IMG/VR virus record: IMGVR_UViG_3300020352_000009
Location: 1 to 40,093 of that record
Source: a virus
Taxonomy: Duplodnaviria; Caudoviricetes
Length of the DNA stretch: 40,093 bases
Direction: 5' to 3' (one strand)
In this document: positions 1 through 10,751 of the stretch, in pieces
Position numbering within the stretch: the stretch's first letter is position 1
Layout of the letters: each line of letters opens with the position of its first letter
Translations under genes and position numbers: made by a program
Notes under the pieces: generated by a model
What the model saw: only the letters and a program-made list of their open reading frames with translations
What the model was told of the DNA's origin: nothing
The model's database searches: none

Positions 1-39
1 AGCTATAGCTTCTATTAGTTCTATTTTTTTAGTTGGCAT
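1..39 (-). CDS. 5' end of a truncated late gene (MPTKKIELIEAIA...)
   Basis: ATG at 39 preceded by an AT-rich leader just after the stop of 54..719; frame open to the window edge. Confidence 0.5.
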   Translation of the reverse strand, partial: MPTKKIELIEAIA

Positions 40-53
40 TTTATAAATTTAAT

Positions 54-719
54 TTAAAATACTGAAAAAAAGTCACCTCCACTAGTATCAACTGAACTCG
101 TTAACCCTTTTATCTCTGTTCTGTCTAAAGTCAAGTTACCACTAGTAGATGTAGACCTTAGAGAAATACTACCAGCACTATGTCCGGTATCAGCACTAAT
201 TGCACCCGTTGCTACTTGTCTATTAGTATTGTGTTGAGTATAAGTTCTGTTAGTACCCTGTGGTATTTGTTGGCTTGTAATAGCGTTAATTGAACAAGAC
301 GTAATCATTATTAATGAATCATCTTCAACTGTTAAACTTTGAGTGTTCGGTGTTGATTGACCCCCTGTTCTGCCTGAAGCTCCCACACCTCCTGAATTAG
401 TAAAGCTTCTAATGTGCATGCTAATAGGATTCCACTGAGAGCCACTAAAACTAACGACTAAGTTGTTACTCCCCGTTGGTGGATTCTCCAAATAGAAGAA
501 AGCCATTCGTTGACCTAACCCACTTCTGTTAATTTGATATAACTGAGTCATAGCTTGACCACCATAAGTACACCCTGAGTAAGTTCTACTGTTACTCATA
601 GTAAACTGAGCAATAATTAAACCATCATTACCCGTATTTTGCGTATGAGCTTGAGTTTTTGAACTAGCTCCAGGAGTAGGATTCGCACTCGTAGTATTTC
701 CTTTAGTAGGTACTGCCAT
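54..719 (-). CDS. Tail fibre/spike-associated beta-rich protein
   Basis: 221 aa, rich in S/T/G/N; end of tail module; start overlaps the upstream stop. Confidence 0.55.
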   Translation of the reverse strand: MAVPTKGNTTSANPTPGASSKTQAHTQNTGNDGLIIAQFTMSNSRTYSGCTYGGQAMTQLYQINRSGLGQRMAFFYLENPPTGSNNLVVSFSGSQWNPISMHIRSFTNSGGVGASGRTGGQSTPNTQSLTVEDDSLIMITSCSINAITSQQIPQGTNRTYTQHNTNRQVATGAISADTGHSAGSISLRSTSTSGNLTLDRTEIKGLTSSVDTSGGDFFSVF

Positions 720-1000
720 TATAATTGACTTAGATCAGTAATTTTAGTTAAACTTGAATCTTCAACAATTTCTACTTGAGTTCTTGCTTCATTAACAGAA
801 TCAATACCATTAAAAAAGGTACTTATAGATGCCTCTCCTATTTCTAATTTAGTCCTGTTCTCTCCTAAAAATTTCCCTAGTGTAGAATCATAATCCTCGT
901 TTATCTGATTAACAATAGCGTCATCTTCGGTATGACCAATATCTGTATACTTTAAACTGTCTGTACCCTCTAATTCTATTTTTGAAATAATTGTAACCAT
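719..1000 (-). CDS. Hypothetical acidic protein in the tail fibre module
   Basis: 93 aa ORF tightly coupled to both neighbours. Confidence 0.6.
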   Translation of the reverse strand: MVTIISKIELEGTDSLKYTDIGHTEDDAIVNQINEDYDSTLGKFLGENRTKLEIGEASISTFFNGIDSVNEARTQVEIVEDSSLTKITDLSQL

Positions 1001-1001
1001 T

Positions 1002-1688
1002 TTACGCTTCTGTTTTAGTTGCTAAAATATCCCATTTAGTATCTGTACTGTTATAAACAAGACCTAAGTAAGTTGTTTTACTTGCTACTGTTGTAGTTGG
1101 TAAAGTCACTCCTAAGGCTCTAAAAATAGCATTAAAAGTGATTGCTCTAGCACTACCATCATCTTTAAGTCTAATAATTAACTTCTGACCTTCTACAGGT
1201 GTACCCGTTGGAGCTGCTATTGTTAAAGCTTCAGCCTGTGCAGTTATAATGCTTTGGTCTGTTGTTGAAGAACTTACAGTTAATGTTGCTGTTGATGTAA
1301 CTGATACTATTCTTGGTTCTGCTGGTGCATTCCCTTGCCATTTTAAACCTGTTGCCTCATTACTATCAGCTACTAATATTTGTCCGTTTGTTCCAACTGG
1401 CAATCTTGCGTCTGCTTGACCATAAGAGTACAAATCTCCTTTAGTTGTTAATGGACTAGCAGAGCCTGAAGAAGGTAAATTGCCAATAGTGATTTTCTTT
1501 TTGTTATTACTATCAGCAGCGTCCTCTATTAATAGAATATCACTTGTTGTAGGAGTTCCTTTTGCTGTTATCCCGTCTATCTCACCTGCTGCGTTAACAT
1601 GCACTGCGTTTGCATCAGTACCACCACCACCGCCTCCAGCGTCAGATTCTCTTAATTTTCCTAATACGTAATCATACTTAATTGCCAT
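1002..1688 (-). CDS. Tail fibre protein
   Basis: Poly-G linker; fibre-like segments TTKGDLY..ARLPVGTNGQILVADS..GLKW and GTPVEGQKLIIRLKDDGSARAITF..YNSTDTKWD. Confidence 0.7.
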   Translation of the reverse strand: MAIKYDYVLGKLRESDAGGGGGGTDANAVHVNAAGEIDGITAKGTPTTSDILLIEDAADSNNKKKITIGNLPSSGSASPLTTKGDLYSYGQADARLPVGTNGQILVADSNEATGLKWQGNAPAEPRIVSVTSTATLTVSSSTTDQSIITAQAEALTIAAPTGTPVEGQKLIIRLKDDGSARAITFNAIFRALGVTLPTTTVASKTTYLGLVYNSTDTKWDILATKTEA

Positions 1689-1699
1689 AATCTATTTTT

Positions 1700-2356
1700 T
1701 TAAGAGTAACTTAAAGATGTTCTATCGTCCCAAACATTATCAAAAAGCTTGTTACCGTCTGCATAAGTGATTGTCGTAACAGTACCTGCAACAACAGTCT
1801 TTTTAATTCTCCAATTACCAGAGCTATTAGCAGTACCTAAATCAGCGTACCCTATATAGTTTGTTCCTGATGGATTGTTCGTATCAACTCTTAATGGTTC
1901 TGGCTCATTGTTTATTGTTACAATAGCAGGAACTATTCTTAAGTCAGCTACTAGCTTTACTGTTAAAGATGTTCTTATTGTACTTCCTGTTACTCCTGAG
2001 TCTGTTAATGCTACTTCTGTGTTCTTTACGACATTTATATTAATCGTGTGACCTACAGCAACCGCTGACTCTATATTAGCGTTAGAAGCAATAGCCGTAG
2101 CAAAAGCAGCAACAGTAGTTGCAGTATCCGTTGAGAAAGAAGTTGATATAGTGCTAGACCCCACCTTGATGGTTAAACCATTGGAGTAGGTATCTAAGTC
2201 TATATTGTCAGGAGTAGCATTTCCCTCTTGTCTTAGAATCAACTGATAAACCTGCTGTCCGAATCTATAACCTGAATCTACAATTGCGTTATTAATATCT
2301 CTCATTCCACTCGCATCATCTGATTTAGGAGCTTGATATTGTTTACTTTGAATCAT
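1700..2356 (-). CDS. Virion structural / tail-associated protein
   Basis: 218 aa, T/S/A rich; central domain resembles those of 18415..20280 and 31265..31978. Confidence 0.6.
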   Translation of the reverse strand: MIQSKQYQAPKSDDASGMRDINNAIVDSGYRFGQQVYQLILRQEGNATPDNIDLDTYSNGLTIKVGSSTISTSFSTDTATTVAAFATAIASNANIESAVAVGHTININVVKNTEVALTDSGVTGSTIRTSLTVKLVADLRIVPAIVTINNEPEPLRVDTNNPSGTNYIGYADLGTANSSGNWRIKKTVVAGTVTTITYADGNKLFDNVWDDRTSLSYS

Positions 2357-2409
2357 CTTAATTATTTTTTATAAATATAGTTAATTTTTATTTTTGAGTT
2401 TTTAGTTAT

Positions 2410-5400
2410 TTACAACCCTTCTATTTTAATTATTTTTTCTAATTCTTTATCAAAACTTTCCTCATCTAAGCCTTTCTCCATTTTCTCTAATTCTTTTTCA
2501 AGTTCTGTTTTTACCTTTTTTGATTTTTTAATTCCTAAAGCATGGTCACCATAACCTACAAATTTTCTAAGTGTTTTATTGTCAAAATTACCTTTATTTA
2601 TTCTTTCTAAATTATCAATAGTTAATTTTTTGGCATTTTTAATTGGAAACCCTGTTCTTAATTCTACTGCAGGGATAGCAATATCCTCTATAAACTCATC
2701 CATTGGTATATCGCCTTCCTCTATTCCTTCTACAACAGCTTTAGTTAGTTTAAAAATAGCGTCAAAAACAGGGGCTGAGTTTATGCCAAAATCCTCTCCT
2801 TTTAGGAGGTTTACACCAGCAGTCAGCATATCTCCGAATACAGGTATACCTGAAAGGTTTCCAGCCGTAACCGAAGCCACGTAATCTTTAGCATCATCTT
2901 CATCTGGAAATAAAAGACCCTTACTGGCAGCAGTAAATAAAGTAGGAAGAACTACGTTAAACATAGCAATATTTTTAATGTCTTGAGATGTTCCCCTTCC
3001 CCTTACTATGTTTCTGACAGGAGTTGTCATTCCTTTTCTAAGGTACTGAGCAGGAGATGTTTTAAACATTGTAAACAACTTCATCATTTTAGACCCTCTT
3101 TGAAGGTCAGAAAGTTCAGAAGTAGAAGAAGATTGCTGAGTAGCTTCAGTAGCGTTTTCAAAATCAAACATAGCTTTTTCTGTAGCTTCTGCCCTTGACA
3201 TTCCCTGCTTCATATATTTTTTCTTCATAGAAGTGTAATATGGAGTACCGCCAAGAACAATAGCTCCTATATCACCGTACTTGGTCATAAACATTAATTT
3301 ATTTCTAACTCTTCCTCCTCCTCTGACAAGTTTGTTAAAGTCATTTTTATAATTTAAAGCAGTATCTCTATCGAAACCTGCTCTTTTTAGTCTGTCTCTA
3401 ACGTAGTCAGATCTAGATATATCAATTAAGTCTCTTCTACCTTCTTTAGTTGTTAGCATCCTAGCGGCTTGATTTACGTAATCAAGAGTGTTAACCCCTT
3501 CAGCAGTAGCGTAAGCAGGGGCAGAGGTCATCTGTTTAACAAAAACTACAGGGTTTAATCCTAAAACTGCTGTGGTGTACCTTCTTCTTAATTTATCCAT
3601 GAAGTCCATTGTGGCTTCATCAGCTTTTTGATTTCCTGCTAAAGATTTTATAAACCTATCTAGAACACCATTGACACCTGACCCAAACTTTTGCGTAATA
3701 ACATTTTTAACACCAGAATCGTTAAAAGTTCTATTTAAAAACTTAACAGCGTCTGTATGAGTTATAAAGTGTTCCATTGAATCCATATAACCTAACATTG
3801 TTCCATCCATTCCTAAAGTTAGGTCTAGGTCTTTAGTGTTGGTTATTCTTTCTTTTAAAGAACCATTAAGAGTTGAAGCTATGTTTCTAGTAGGATTTAA
3901 CATATCAACATCTTGATTAGGAGCGTCTATTCTTCTTATAGGAGAGTAGTTTTCATTAAAAGGTAAATTGAAATCATACTGTTTTCTATATTCATTATTA
4001 ATTCTATTATAATAATTTGGGTAAAAATCATTATGAACCCAATCAGCATACTCTTGTAATTTAGAATCTTCAGCCACTAATTTATTAGCTGTATCTATTA
4101 AAGCTTTGTTAGCTGGGTCTTTTTTCATTTTATTAAATGTGTCAGCTAAAGTAGGGTCTTTCTGGAGATTGTATATATACATAGCCTGGTCTTTAGTTAT
4201 ACTTAAATAACCAAACTCTCCTGATGATATTCTATCTCCATTAACATCCCTTACAAACATTGTTTTCTGAAGGTCTTTGTTTACCTTTGAAATGTTTTTA
4301 CCAAAAATAGATTGTTTCTTGTCCTTAATATTACTAGTGATGTTTTGAACATTTTTAGTTTTTTGAGACCTAGCTTTTTGAACAGGAACAAGAAATTTCT
4401 CCTTTAAGAAATCTCTTGCTTTTTGATTACCACCAACTTGTTTACCTGACAAATTGTTTATGTGGTTTAACAATCCAGCCCAATTTTCTATTTTAGGCAC
4501 ACCTAATCTAAGAGTGTCTATAAGCTTAGTAAAAGAAGCCTTTATTTCTTGAACAGTTGTTTTTGTAGAGCTTTTACGAAGATTAGGATTCATCTCTACG
4601 TCTTTACCCAAAATAGCAGTTTTTAAATCTGAAACACCCTCCTTGTATTTCTTAGCCCTTGCTTCTTTTTTTAGTTTTAACCACTGCCTACCTTTTGACT
4701 TATATTCTTTAATTGTCTTCTTTAATTCATTTAAAGATTCTATTGACTTACTATCTAAATCAGCAAAATCCAAAGTCATAAGAGTTTCTTGGTCTTCTAT
4801 GGAAATATCGTTAAAATCTTTAACTCCTTTTAAAATAGAGTCTATTTTTTCAGAAGCCTCTTCTTTTGTAAGGTTTACTGCGTCTCTTATTTTTTGAAAA
4901 AACTTATCAATTTCAATAGCCACCGTACCTTGAGCATACTTACCTCCTTTTTTTCTAAAAGACTTAATATCTATTTCTTTCCTTATATCATCTATAACCT
5001 TAGCCCTAGCTTCTTGTTCTTTTTTGAACTTAGTATCCTTAATTATTTTAGAAATATACTCTGCTGTGCTTTTTAAAGTAGCAGGAGAACTTACACCTGC
5101 TAACTTGTTTGCAATAGTAGCGTTTAAAGCAGGAGATGCCTGTCTTAATATTTTCTTATTTGCAGATATAAAATCTTTAAATCTTTTTTGGATTTTTCTT
5201 ACATCTCTAGCTGTTTTTGGCTTCTTGGTATCTAAAGACTCCTCTATTAAAGCCTCCAACTCTAGGTTTAACTCATCCTCTAAAGTGTCTTCTCTTTTTT
5301 GTTGCTCCCCTTTGGTTTCTTGCTCAACTCTTGATACAATATCATCTAAGCTAGAATCATCAATAAACTTTTGGTCTTCTTTTCTAAGTACCTTATACTC

Positions 5401-8400
5401 TTTACTTTTTATAATTTCCTTCTTAGCTTTACTAATAGCTTGCTCTAAAGAAATACCAACTTTAAGACCTTTTCTAACAGCAGCTAACAACAACTTAGCA
5501 GCAGGAGTTATTAAGAAAGGATCAGACAGAGATAAGTTTTTCAACTTATTATCCAAAGCGTTTACTTTTTCTAAAGCTTTTTCCAAAGAAGTCTTATCCA
5601 TTTTAGAGGTCATCTCTTCTTTAGTAAAAGAACCCTCTAAATCTTTTTCTACTTCTTTTTCAGAAACCTTTTCTTTAGTTTCAATAGGTTCGGTTTTTGC
5701 AACCTCTGGGGTTGATTTTATTGGCTCTACTTCTTTCTTTGGTTTTGCTTTAGGCTTATCAATAGCCACTTCAATACCTTCTTCTTCAATAACATTCTCG
5801 TAAGCAACCTCTATATCACTTAAAGGATTTCGACCTATCATCTTTTCCTGAAGTTCAATACCCATATCTAGACCTACTTCAGGATTATTTATAATCATTT
5901 CTCCTGAAGGAGTGTTTATTCTTACACCTGAAACATTTCCATTCTCATCTTTTAAAATATTATCAGTAGTAATATCTTGAGTTAATATGTCAGCAGCCTT
6001 TCCAAGAGACCTACGAGTTCCTTTTTCAGTTATAAACACTTGGTCTCCCTGAACATCAATAACTCCCTTAGAGCCACCTATTTCTGCTTCTGAGCCTGAG
6101 ACTTGATCCCTGAAGGCTTTTTCATTAACTTTTCCTGCATTTTCTCTAAAACGAGTAAGTAGTCTTGTTTTGGCAGTTGTTTTTTTAACTGTTTTAGTTT
6201 TGTTATCATAGTTTTCTATTTTTTCGATTACATCATATAGTTCTGATTCTTTAACTGAACCTTCTACTACGTTTTCTGAATCTATTAAATCATATATCTT
6301 ATTAGTGTACTCTTCAGCTTGTGATTCATTTATAGACTCATTGTTTTTTACTTTAGAAAGTAAGTCGTTATTATCTAATACTTCAGACACCTCTTCAGCA
6401 GACCTTGCTTCTATGTATTCTCTAACCTCTTTGTTTTCTTCTTTAGCTAATTCTTTTATTTCTTCCGTAAATGTGTCACCTTCCTCTTGTACTTCTTCCT
6501 TAGATTCAGCCTCTAACTTTCTTTTGTTGCTTCGTAATAATATTTCTTTTCTTTTATTACTATTTTCTTCCATTTTAGCATCTAAATCTGAAATAATTTC
6601 AGGGTCAGACTCTTGTATTTTTTGCCTAGATAAACCTTTAAACTCCTCCTCTAAAGCATCTACTTCTTTTCTTTCTTCTTGAGTAAACGTGTCACCTTCT
6701 TCAACAACCTCTTCAGACTTGGCGGTAATATCGCCAGGTTCAACTTCGGTAGTTTCTTCTTTTTTTAACTCTGATATATCTATATCGTTCTCTTCTGCGT
6801 ATGCCTCTAGCTCCTCTTCAGACATATCTTTTAAAGATTTAGGCTTTGACTTCCTAGCGTCTTCTATAGTCTTTTTAAGTTCTGATATATCTACATCATT
6901 TTCTTCTGCATACTTCTCTAGCTCTGTGTCTGACATATTATCAAACTTAGTAAGAACTTGCTCTTGCTTGGTTTTTTGAATTTCAGTATAAGCTTTTTCT
7001 ACATCATTAAGCTGTGTTTGGTCTCCTGAATTTTTATAGTAATCCTTACCAAGCTTATACATGTTAGAAACCTCAGCACCTGTACCAAAAGTACCTGTAA
7101 GAATTAAAGTCATTAATAGCTTATCCTTAGCCTCATCGTAGTTTCTACCAAATGTATTTCTAAAAGTTTCTTTAGAGATAAAACCGTTTTTAAATCCTTG
7201 CTCTAGATATTCACCACCATACTCTTCTACAGTACCAGCGGTAGTAGCACCCATAACTCTTGTTAAGGGTTTTATAAATTTCATAAATTTAGCAGACTTA
7301 CCTTTAGATAAAAGATTTAAAACCTTATCTGCTCCTTTAGCTCCCAAGAACTCTCCCATACCCATAGCAGCAGAACCCTGAGAGGTTAAATCAAAAGCAA
7401 CGGCTTGTTCTAAGGCTTTAAGCCCCTCACCTGCTATACGTGCTGTTTTTTGACTTCCACCTAAAGCACTAACCAACTTTCCAATTTTACTTGTTAAGTT
7501 AATAGCCGAAGAAGCGTTTCTAGCAATCATTGAGGTTACTATTATCTCCCCCATTATCTCGGCTGAAGTACCAAATGTAGAACCAATTTTTTCTGCCATA
7601 TTATCTACAGCAGAATCGTATTGATCCTCAGTCAATGTAACTCCCTCTTCATTCGCTATACGAACAATGTCTTTTTTAAAGTCTCTATCCGTTCCTACAT
7701 TACCCACTCCTGGGATTGCCTCTGCAAAGCTTTCTCCAAAAGAAGTTATACCCTCTCCAATCTTATCTAAAAATGGAATATTAAACTCACTATCCTCAGC
7801 ATTGAAAAACTCTCCCCAACCCTTAGCTACTGCCGATGGGTTTTCATTTAACAGTAAAGCCCTAGATAAGGCACTAAAATTTAATTCTGATTTTTCTTTT
7901 TCTTCTAAAAGAGAATAAACCTTTTCAGCACCTTCAGGAAGTAAGCCTAACTCTGCCATTTTTATGACGTTAGCGTCAGTCATCCTACCGTTCACAACAC
8001 CATCAGGAAGTGTACCGTCTTTAGTCATTCTAGATATATCATCTCTAGATACATTACCAAACAAACCAAACTCTCCGTTGAAATCTACTTCTGATCTATC
8101 GCCAAAAAAAGCGTCTACCATAGAGTTGTCTATAGCGTTTAAATTGTCATATTCTTGCTTATATCTAGAACTAAATTTTTGAAAGTCTGTTTTAGCCTCT
8201 TTTGAATATTCAGCTTCTAAATCATTTACTAGCTTTTTTTTCTCTCCGTCTATCTCACCCGTCTCTGGATTTATAAAGAACTTTTCAGAATCTTCTCTAA
8301 ATTGGCTTACATAATCTTTTAACTCATATATTTTAGACTTCTGCTCTGGGGTTCTTTCATTATAAGGTATTTGTCTTAACTTATAATACTCATCTATTTT

Positions 8401-9105
8401 AGGTTTTGCCTCATCAATTCTATCTGAATCTAAACCTAACGAGTTAATACCCTTACTTCTCATGGATTTTGAATAATCCCTAGCCGTAAAATCCCTAGCC
8501 TCCTCTATTGTTGCAGCATCACCCCTGTCTAAATAAACTTGAGATGAATCAGACAACATTTTGCTATAGTAATCTTTTCCTTGCTTATTTAATAGGTTAT
8601 TCTTTCTCTCCTCTATTACCTGAAAAACAGAATTGTCATCTGCCTCAGCAGGAAACATGTTAGAAATCTCCTCTGTTGTTTTTGATAAATAATCAAATTT
8701 GTCTCCTAAAATATTATCAGCTTCAGACACAGCGTCTTCATACCAATACTTATCGCTATCTGCCGCCTCTTTAGCTTTTTTTTCGGGTTGATCAAAAACT
8801 TCGTCTGGGTAGTAACCTTTAGCTGATTTAAAAGCTAATTCCGCTTCTGTTCTTTCTTTAGGAAACTCTAAAGGAATATTAGTCTTCTCCAATTGAGATT
8901 CCAAAGAACCATCTTCCGATACAGATTCCGTATCTTCTTGAACCATCTCTTGAGATTCTTCCTGAACTTCTTCTTGGACTTTTTTTTTACTATCTTCTTC
9001 TGGTTGAACATCTAGTTCTTCGAAAGCCGAGTTGTCAAATTCTTCGAAAGCCGAGTTGTCAAATTCTTCGAAAGCCGAGTTGTCAAAAGATTGCTTTTTA
9101 GCCAT
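2410..9105 (-). CDS. Giant internal virion (DNA ejection) protein
   Basis: 2231 aa, helical E/K-rich with G/A-rich hydrophobic patches; last of three genes of increasing size after the tail nozzle, as in podovirus ejection modules. Confidence 0.65.
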   Translation of the reverse strand: MAKKQSFDNSAFEEFDNSAFEEFDNSAFEELDVQPEEDSKKKVQEEVQEESQEMVQEDTESVSEDGSLESQLEKTNIPLEFPKERTEAELAFKSAKGYYPDEVFDQPEKKAKEAADSDKYWYEDAVSEADNILGDKFDYLSKTTEEISNMFPAEADDNSVFQVIEERKNNLLNKQGKDYYSKMLSDSSQVYLDRGDAATIEEARDFTARDYSKSMRSKGINSLGLDSDRIDEAKPKIDEYYKLRQIPYNERTPEQKSKIYELKDYVSQFREDSEKFFINPETGEIDGEKKKLVNDLEAEYSKEAKTDFQKFSSRYKQEYDNLNAIDNSMVDAFFGDRSEVDFNGEFGLFGNVSRDDISRMTKDGTLPDGVVNGRMTDANVIKMAELGLLPEGAEKVYSLLEEKEKSELNFSALSRALLLNENPSAVAKGWGEFFNAEDSEFNIPFLDKIGEGITSFGESFAEAIPGVGNVGTDRDFKKDIVRIANEEGVTLTEDQYDSAVDNMAEKIGSTFGTSAEIMGEIIVTSMIARNASSAINLTSKIGKLVSALGGSQKTARIAGEGLKALEQAVAFDLTSQGSAAMGMGEFLGAKGADKVLNLLSKGKSAKFMKFIKPLTRVMGATTAGTVEEYGGEYLEQGFKNGFISKETFRNTFGRNYDEAKDKLLMTLILTGTFGTGAEVSNMYKLGKDYYKNSGDQTQLNDVEKAYTEIQKTKQEQVLTKFDNMSDTELEKYAEENDVDISELKKTIEDARKSKPKSLKDMSEEELEAYAEENDIDISELKKEETTEVEPGDITAKSEEVVEEGDTFTQEERKEVDALEEEFKGLSRQKIQESDPEIISDLDAKMEENSNKRKEILLRSNKRKLEAESKEEVQEEGDTFTEEIKELAKEENKEVREYIEARSAEEVSEVLDNNDLLSKVKNNESINESQAEEYTNKIYDLIDSENVVEGSVKESELYDVIEKIENYDNKTKTVKKTTAKTRLLTRFRENAGKVNEKAFRDQVSGSEAEIGGSKGVIDVQGDQVFITEKGTRRSLGKAADILTQDITTDNILKDENGNVSGVRINTPSGEMIINNPEVGLDMGIELQEKMIGRNPLSDIEVAYENVIEEEGIEVAIDKPKAKPKKEVEPIKSTPEVAKTEPIETKEKVSEKEVEKDLEGSFTKEEMTSKMDKTSLEKALEKVNALDNKLKNLSLSDPFLITPAAKLLLAAVRKGLKVGISLEQAISKAKKEIIKSKEYKVLRKEDQKFIDDSSLDDIVSRVEQETKGEQQKREDTLEDELNLELEALIEESLDTKKPKTARDVRKIQKRFKDFISANKKILRQASPALNATIANKLAGVSSPATLKSTAEYISKIIKDTKFKKEQEARAKVIDDIRKEIDIKSFRKKGGKYAQGTVAIEIDKFFQKIRDAVNLTKEEASEKIDSILKGVKDFNDISIEDQETLMTLDFADLDSKSIESLNELKKTIKEYKSKGRQWLKLKKEARAKKYKEGVSDLKTAILGKDVEMNPNLRKSSTKTTVQEIKASFTKLIDTLRLGVPKIENWAGLLNHINNLSGKQVGGNQKARDFLKEKFLVPVQKARSQKTKNVQNITSNIKDKKQSIFGKNISKVNKDLQKTMFVRDVNGDRISSGEFGYLSITKDQAMYIYNLQKDPTLADTFNKMKKDPANKALIDTANKLVAEDSKLQEYADWVHNDFYPNYYNRINNEYRKQYDFNLPFNENYSPIRRIDAPNQDVDMLNPTRNIASTLNGSLKERITNTKDLDLTLGMDGTMLGYMDSMEHFITHTDAVKFLNRTFNDSGVKNVITQKFGSGVNGVLDRFIKSLAGNQKADEATMDFMDKLRRRYTTAVLGLNPVVFVKQMTSAPAYATAEGVNTLDYVNQAARMLTTKEGRRDLIDISRSDYVRDRLKRAGFDRDTALNYKNDFNKLVRGGGRVRNKLMFMTKYGDIGAIVLGGTPYYTSMKKKYMKQGMSRAEATEKAMFDFENATEATQQSSSTSELSDLQRGSKMMKLFTMFKTSPAQYLRKGMTTPVRNIVRGRGTSQDIKNIAMFNVVLPTLFTAASKGLLFPDEDDAKDYVASVTAGNLSGIPVFGDMLTAGVNLLKGEDFGINSAPVFDAIFKLTKAVVEGIEEGDIPMDEFIEDIAIPAVELRTGFPIKNAKKLTIDNLERINKGNFDNKTLRKFVGYGDHALGIKKSKKVKTELEKELEKMEKGLDEESFDKELEKIIKIEGL
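9016..9087. repeat. Perfect 24-bp tandem repeat x3 (TTCTTCGAAAGCCGAGTTGTCAAA) encoding FDNSAFEE x3
   Basis: Units at 9016-9039, 9040-9063 and 9064-9087. Confidence 0.97.
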
Positions 9106-9108
9106 TTG

Positions 9109-10746
9109 TTAGTTTTTTTTACCTTTTAAATAGTTCTCATACGCTTTTAAAGCAGTAGCTCTATTCTCTTTAGTGTCTTTTAATTTATTTTTTTTAAGCC
9201 AATTTTGAAGAACCGCTTGTACTTCAGGAGTGCTTTTACCACTAGACGGTAGTTTTTGACCTGTAAAGTCTTCATAAGCAGCACTAAAACCTTGTTGTGC
9301 TAAATAATTTTTAGTTTTTTCATACCACTCATTATACCTAGTTTTATTATCTCCTTTGTATTGCTGTGCAATAGACTTGTGAACTTTATGATAAGGTTCT
9401 AAAACCTGTTGACCTTGATTTTCTAAAACAGCGTAATATCTTTTTTCAGGTTTACCGTCTTTTACTTGATCTTTAAACTTTTGAGTTTTTAAAGACGCAC
9501 CATCTATAGGCATACCTCCTAAATCTACATCTGAACTTGATTTATAGCCTTTAGGAAAAGTGTCTAAAATCATTGACTGAGATACAGTCCAATTTCCAGA
9601 CTTAAAACCTAATTTAACATCAGCTAAATTAAACTTATTTCCTGCCTCTGCTCTGCCTCCTATACCCCTCATTGATTTATCTTTGGTTATGATGCGAGGA
9701 TCATTTTCGTCTAAAGCGTAAGCTTGGCTAACAAAGTTACCACCTATCGGAACAGCTTCTGATGAAGGCTTAAACCTAAAACTTATAGAAGTTTCATAAT
9801 TAAAGGTGTTTTGAGAAGCAACATCCCCCTTGTTGTATCCTATAGTTCCTGGTGCAATCTTTTCTCCAAGTTTGCCTTTAATACCAGTAGCCTGTTTAAT
9901 TCCATAAGGGACATTAAAAGACGTTATTAATGGCGAGGGGTCAAAATCAAAAGCTTGAACAACTTCTGGAGAGCCATTAGGGTTGTAAGCCGATGGCTTA
10001 TTAAAAGCTGTTCGTTTTTTACCCAACATAGCTATTTCTTGATCTATTATTTCTTGGGTTTGTTCATCTGTCCAATACTTCCTAGCCTCTTCGCCATAAA
10101 ACTTAATAGCATTATCTCTTTGTTTTAGAACAATTTCCTCTACTGCCTCTGGAGACTGAGCTAATGTATTAACCCTTATTCCGTCTTTTGTAGTGTAAAG
10201 AGATTCAGGTTTGTAACCTATTTTGTAAACCTCACCCGATATAGCTTTCAAAGCATCTGAAGCATCATATTTTTCATTTAATATCAATTCTGAAGTATCA
10301 AAATTTCCAGCTTGAGCTTGATTAACAAAATCAAAAATCTTCTGTCTAGAATCATCTGTATAGTTAGAACCTGGCTTGTTTACCAACTTCAACATCTCGT
10401 TAGCATACTTTTGAGCATCTTTTGATGAGGTAACATATTGAGCCATTTCATTCTGCTTTTGCTTGAGCTTAAGTGTGGCATCAAAATCACCTTTAATTAT
10501 TGCTCTAGCATTATCTCTATAAAACTTCTGTAAATCATTAACCATTGGCTTGAAAGCTCCAACATCCCTGGACCATAACTGACTTGAATCAGAAACCTTA
10601 GCCATAGCATCAGTAACCTCTTTATCTTTCTTTTTTGCCTCAGTTAGTCTTTCCTTAAAATAAGGATTATAAGTACTCCCAAAAACCTGAGCTGCACCTT
10701 TTCCTTGTCCTGTAGATAAACCTGTAGGGTTGTTTTTCTTTGCCAT
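9109..10746 (-). CDS. Probable internal virion/ejection protein
   Basis: 545 aa, helical N-terminal half; lies between the 255 aa and 2231 aa genes. Confidence 0.55.
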   Translation of the reverse strand: MAKKNNPTGLSTGQGKGAAQVFGSTYNPYFKERLTEAKKKDKEVTDAMAKVSDSSQLWSRDVGAFKPMVNDLQKFYRDNARAIIKGDFDATLKLKQKQNEMAQYVTSSKDAQKYANEMLKLVNKPGSNYTDDSRQKIFDFVNQAQAGNFDTSELILNEKYDASDALKAISGEVYKIGYKPESLYTTKDGIRVNTLAQSPEAVEEIVLKQRDNAIKFYGEEARKYWTDEQTQEIIDQEIAMLGKKRTAFNKPSAYNPNGSPEVVQAFDFDPSPLITSFNVPYGIKQATGIKGKLGEKIAPGTIGYNKGDVASQNTFNYETSISFRFKPSSEAVPIGGNFVSQAYALDENDPRIITKDKSMRGIGGRAEAGNKFNLADVKLGFKSGNWTVSQSMILDTFPKGYKSSSDVDLGGMPIDGASLKTQKFKDQVKDGKPEKRYYAVLENQGQQVLEPYHKVHKSIAQQYKGDNKTRYNEWYEKTKNYLAQQGFSAAYEDFTGQKLPSSGKSTPEVQAVLQNWLKKNKLKDTKENRATALKAYENYLKGKKN

Positions 10747-10751
10747 TATAG

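Noticed and set aside
2410-9105. crAss-like virion RNA polymerase, suggested by size and position
   Set aside because: No DFDID or DxDGD catalytic motif seen; the sequence looks mostly helical, consistent with an ejection protein
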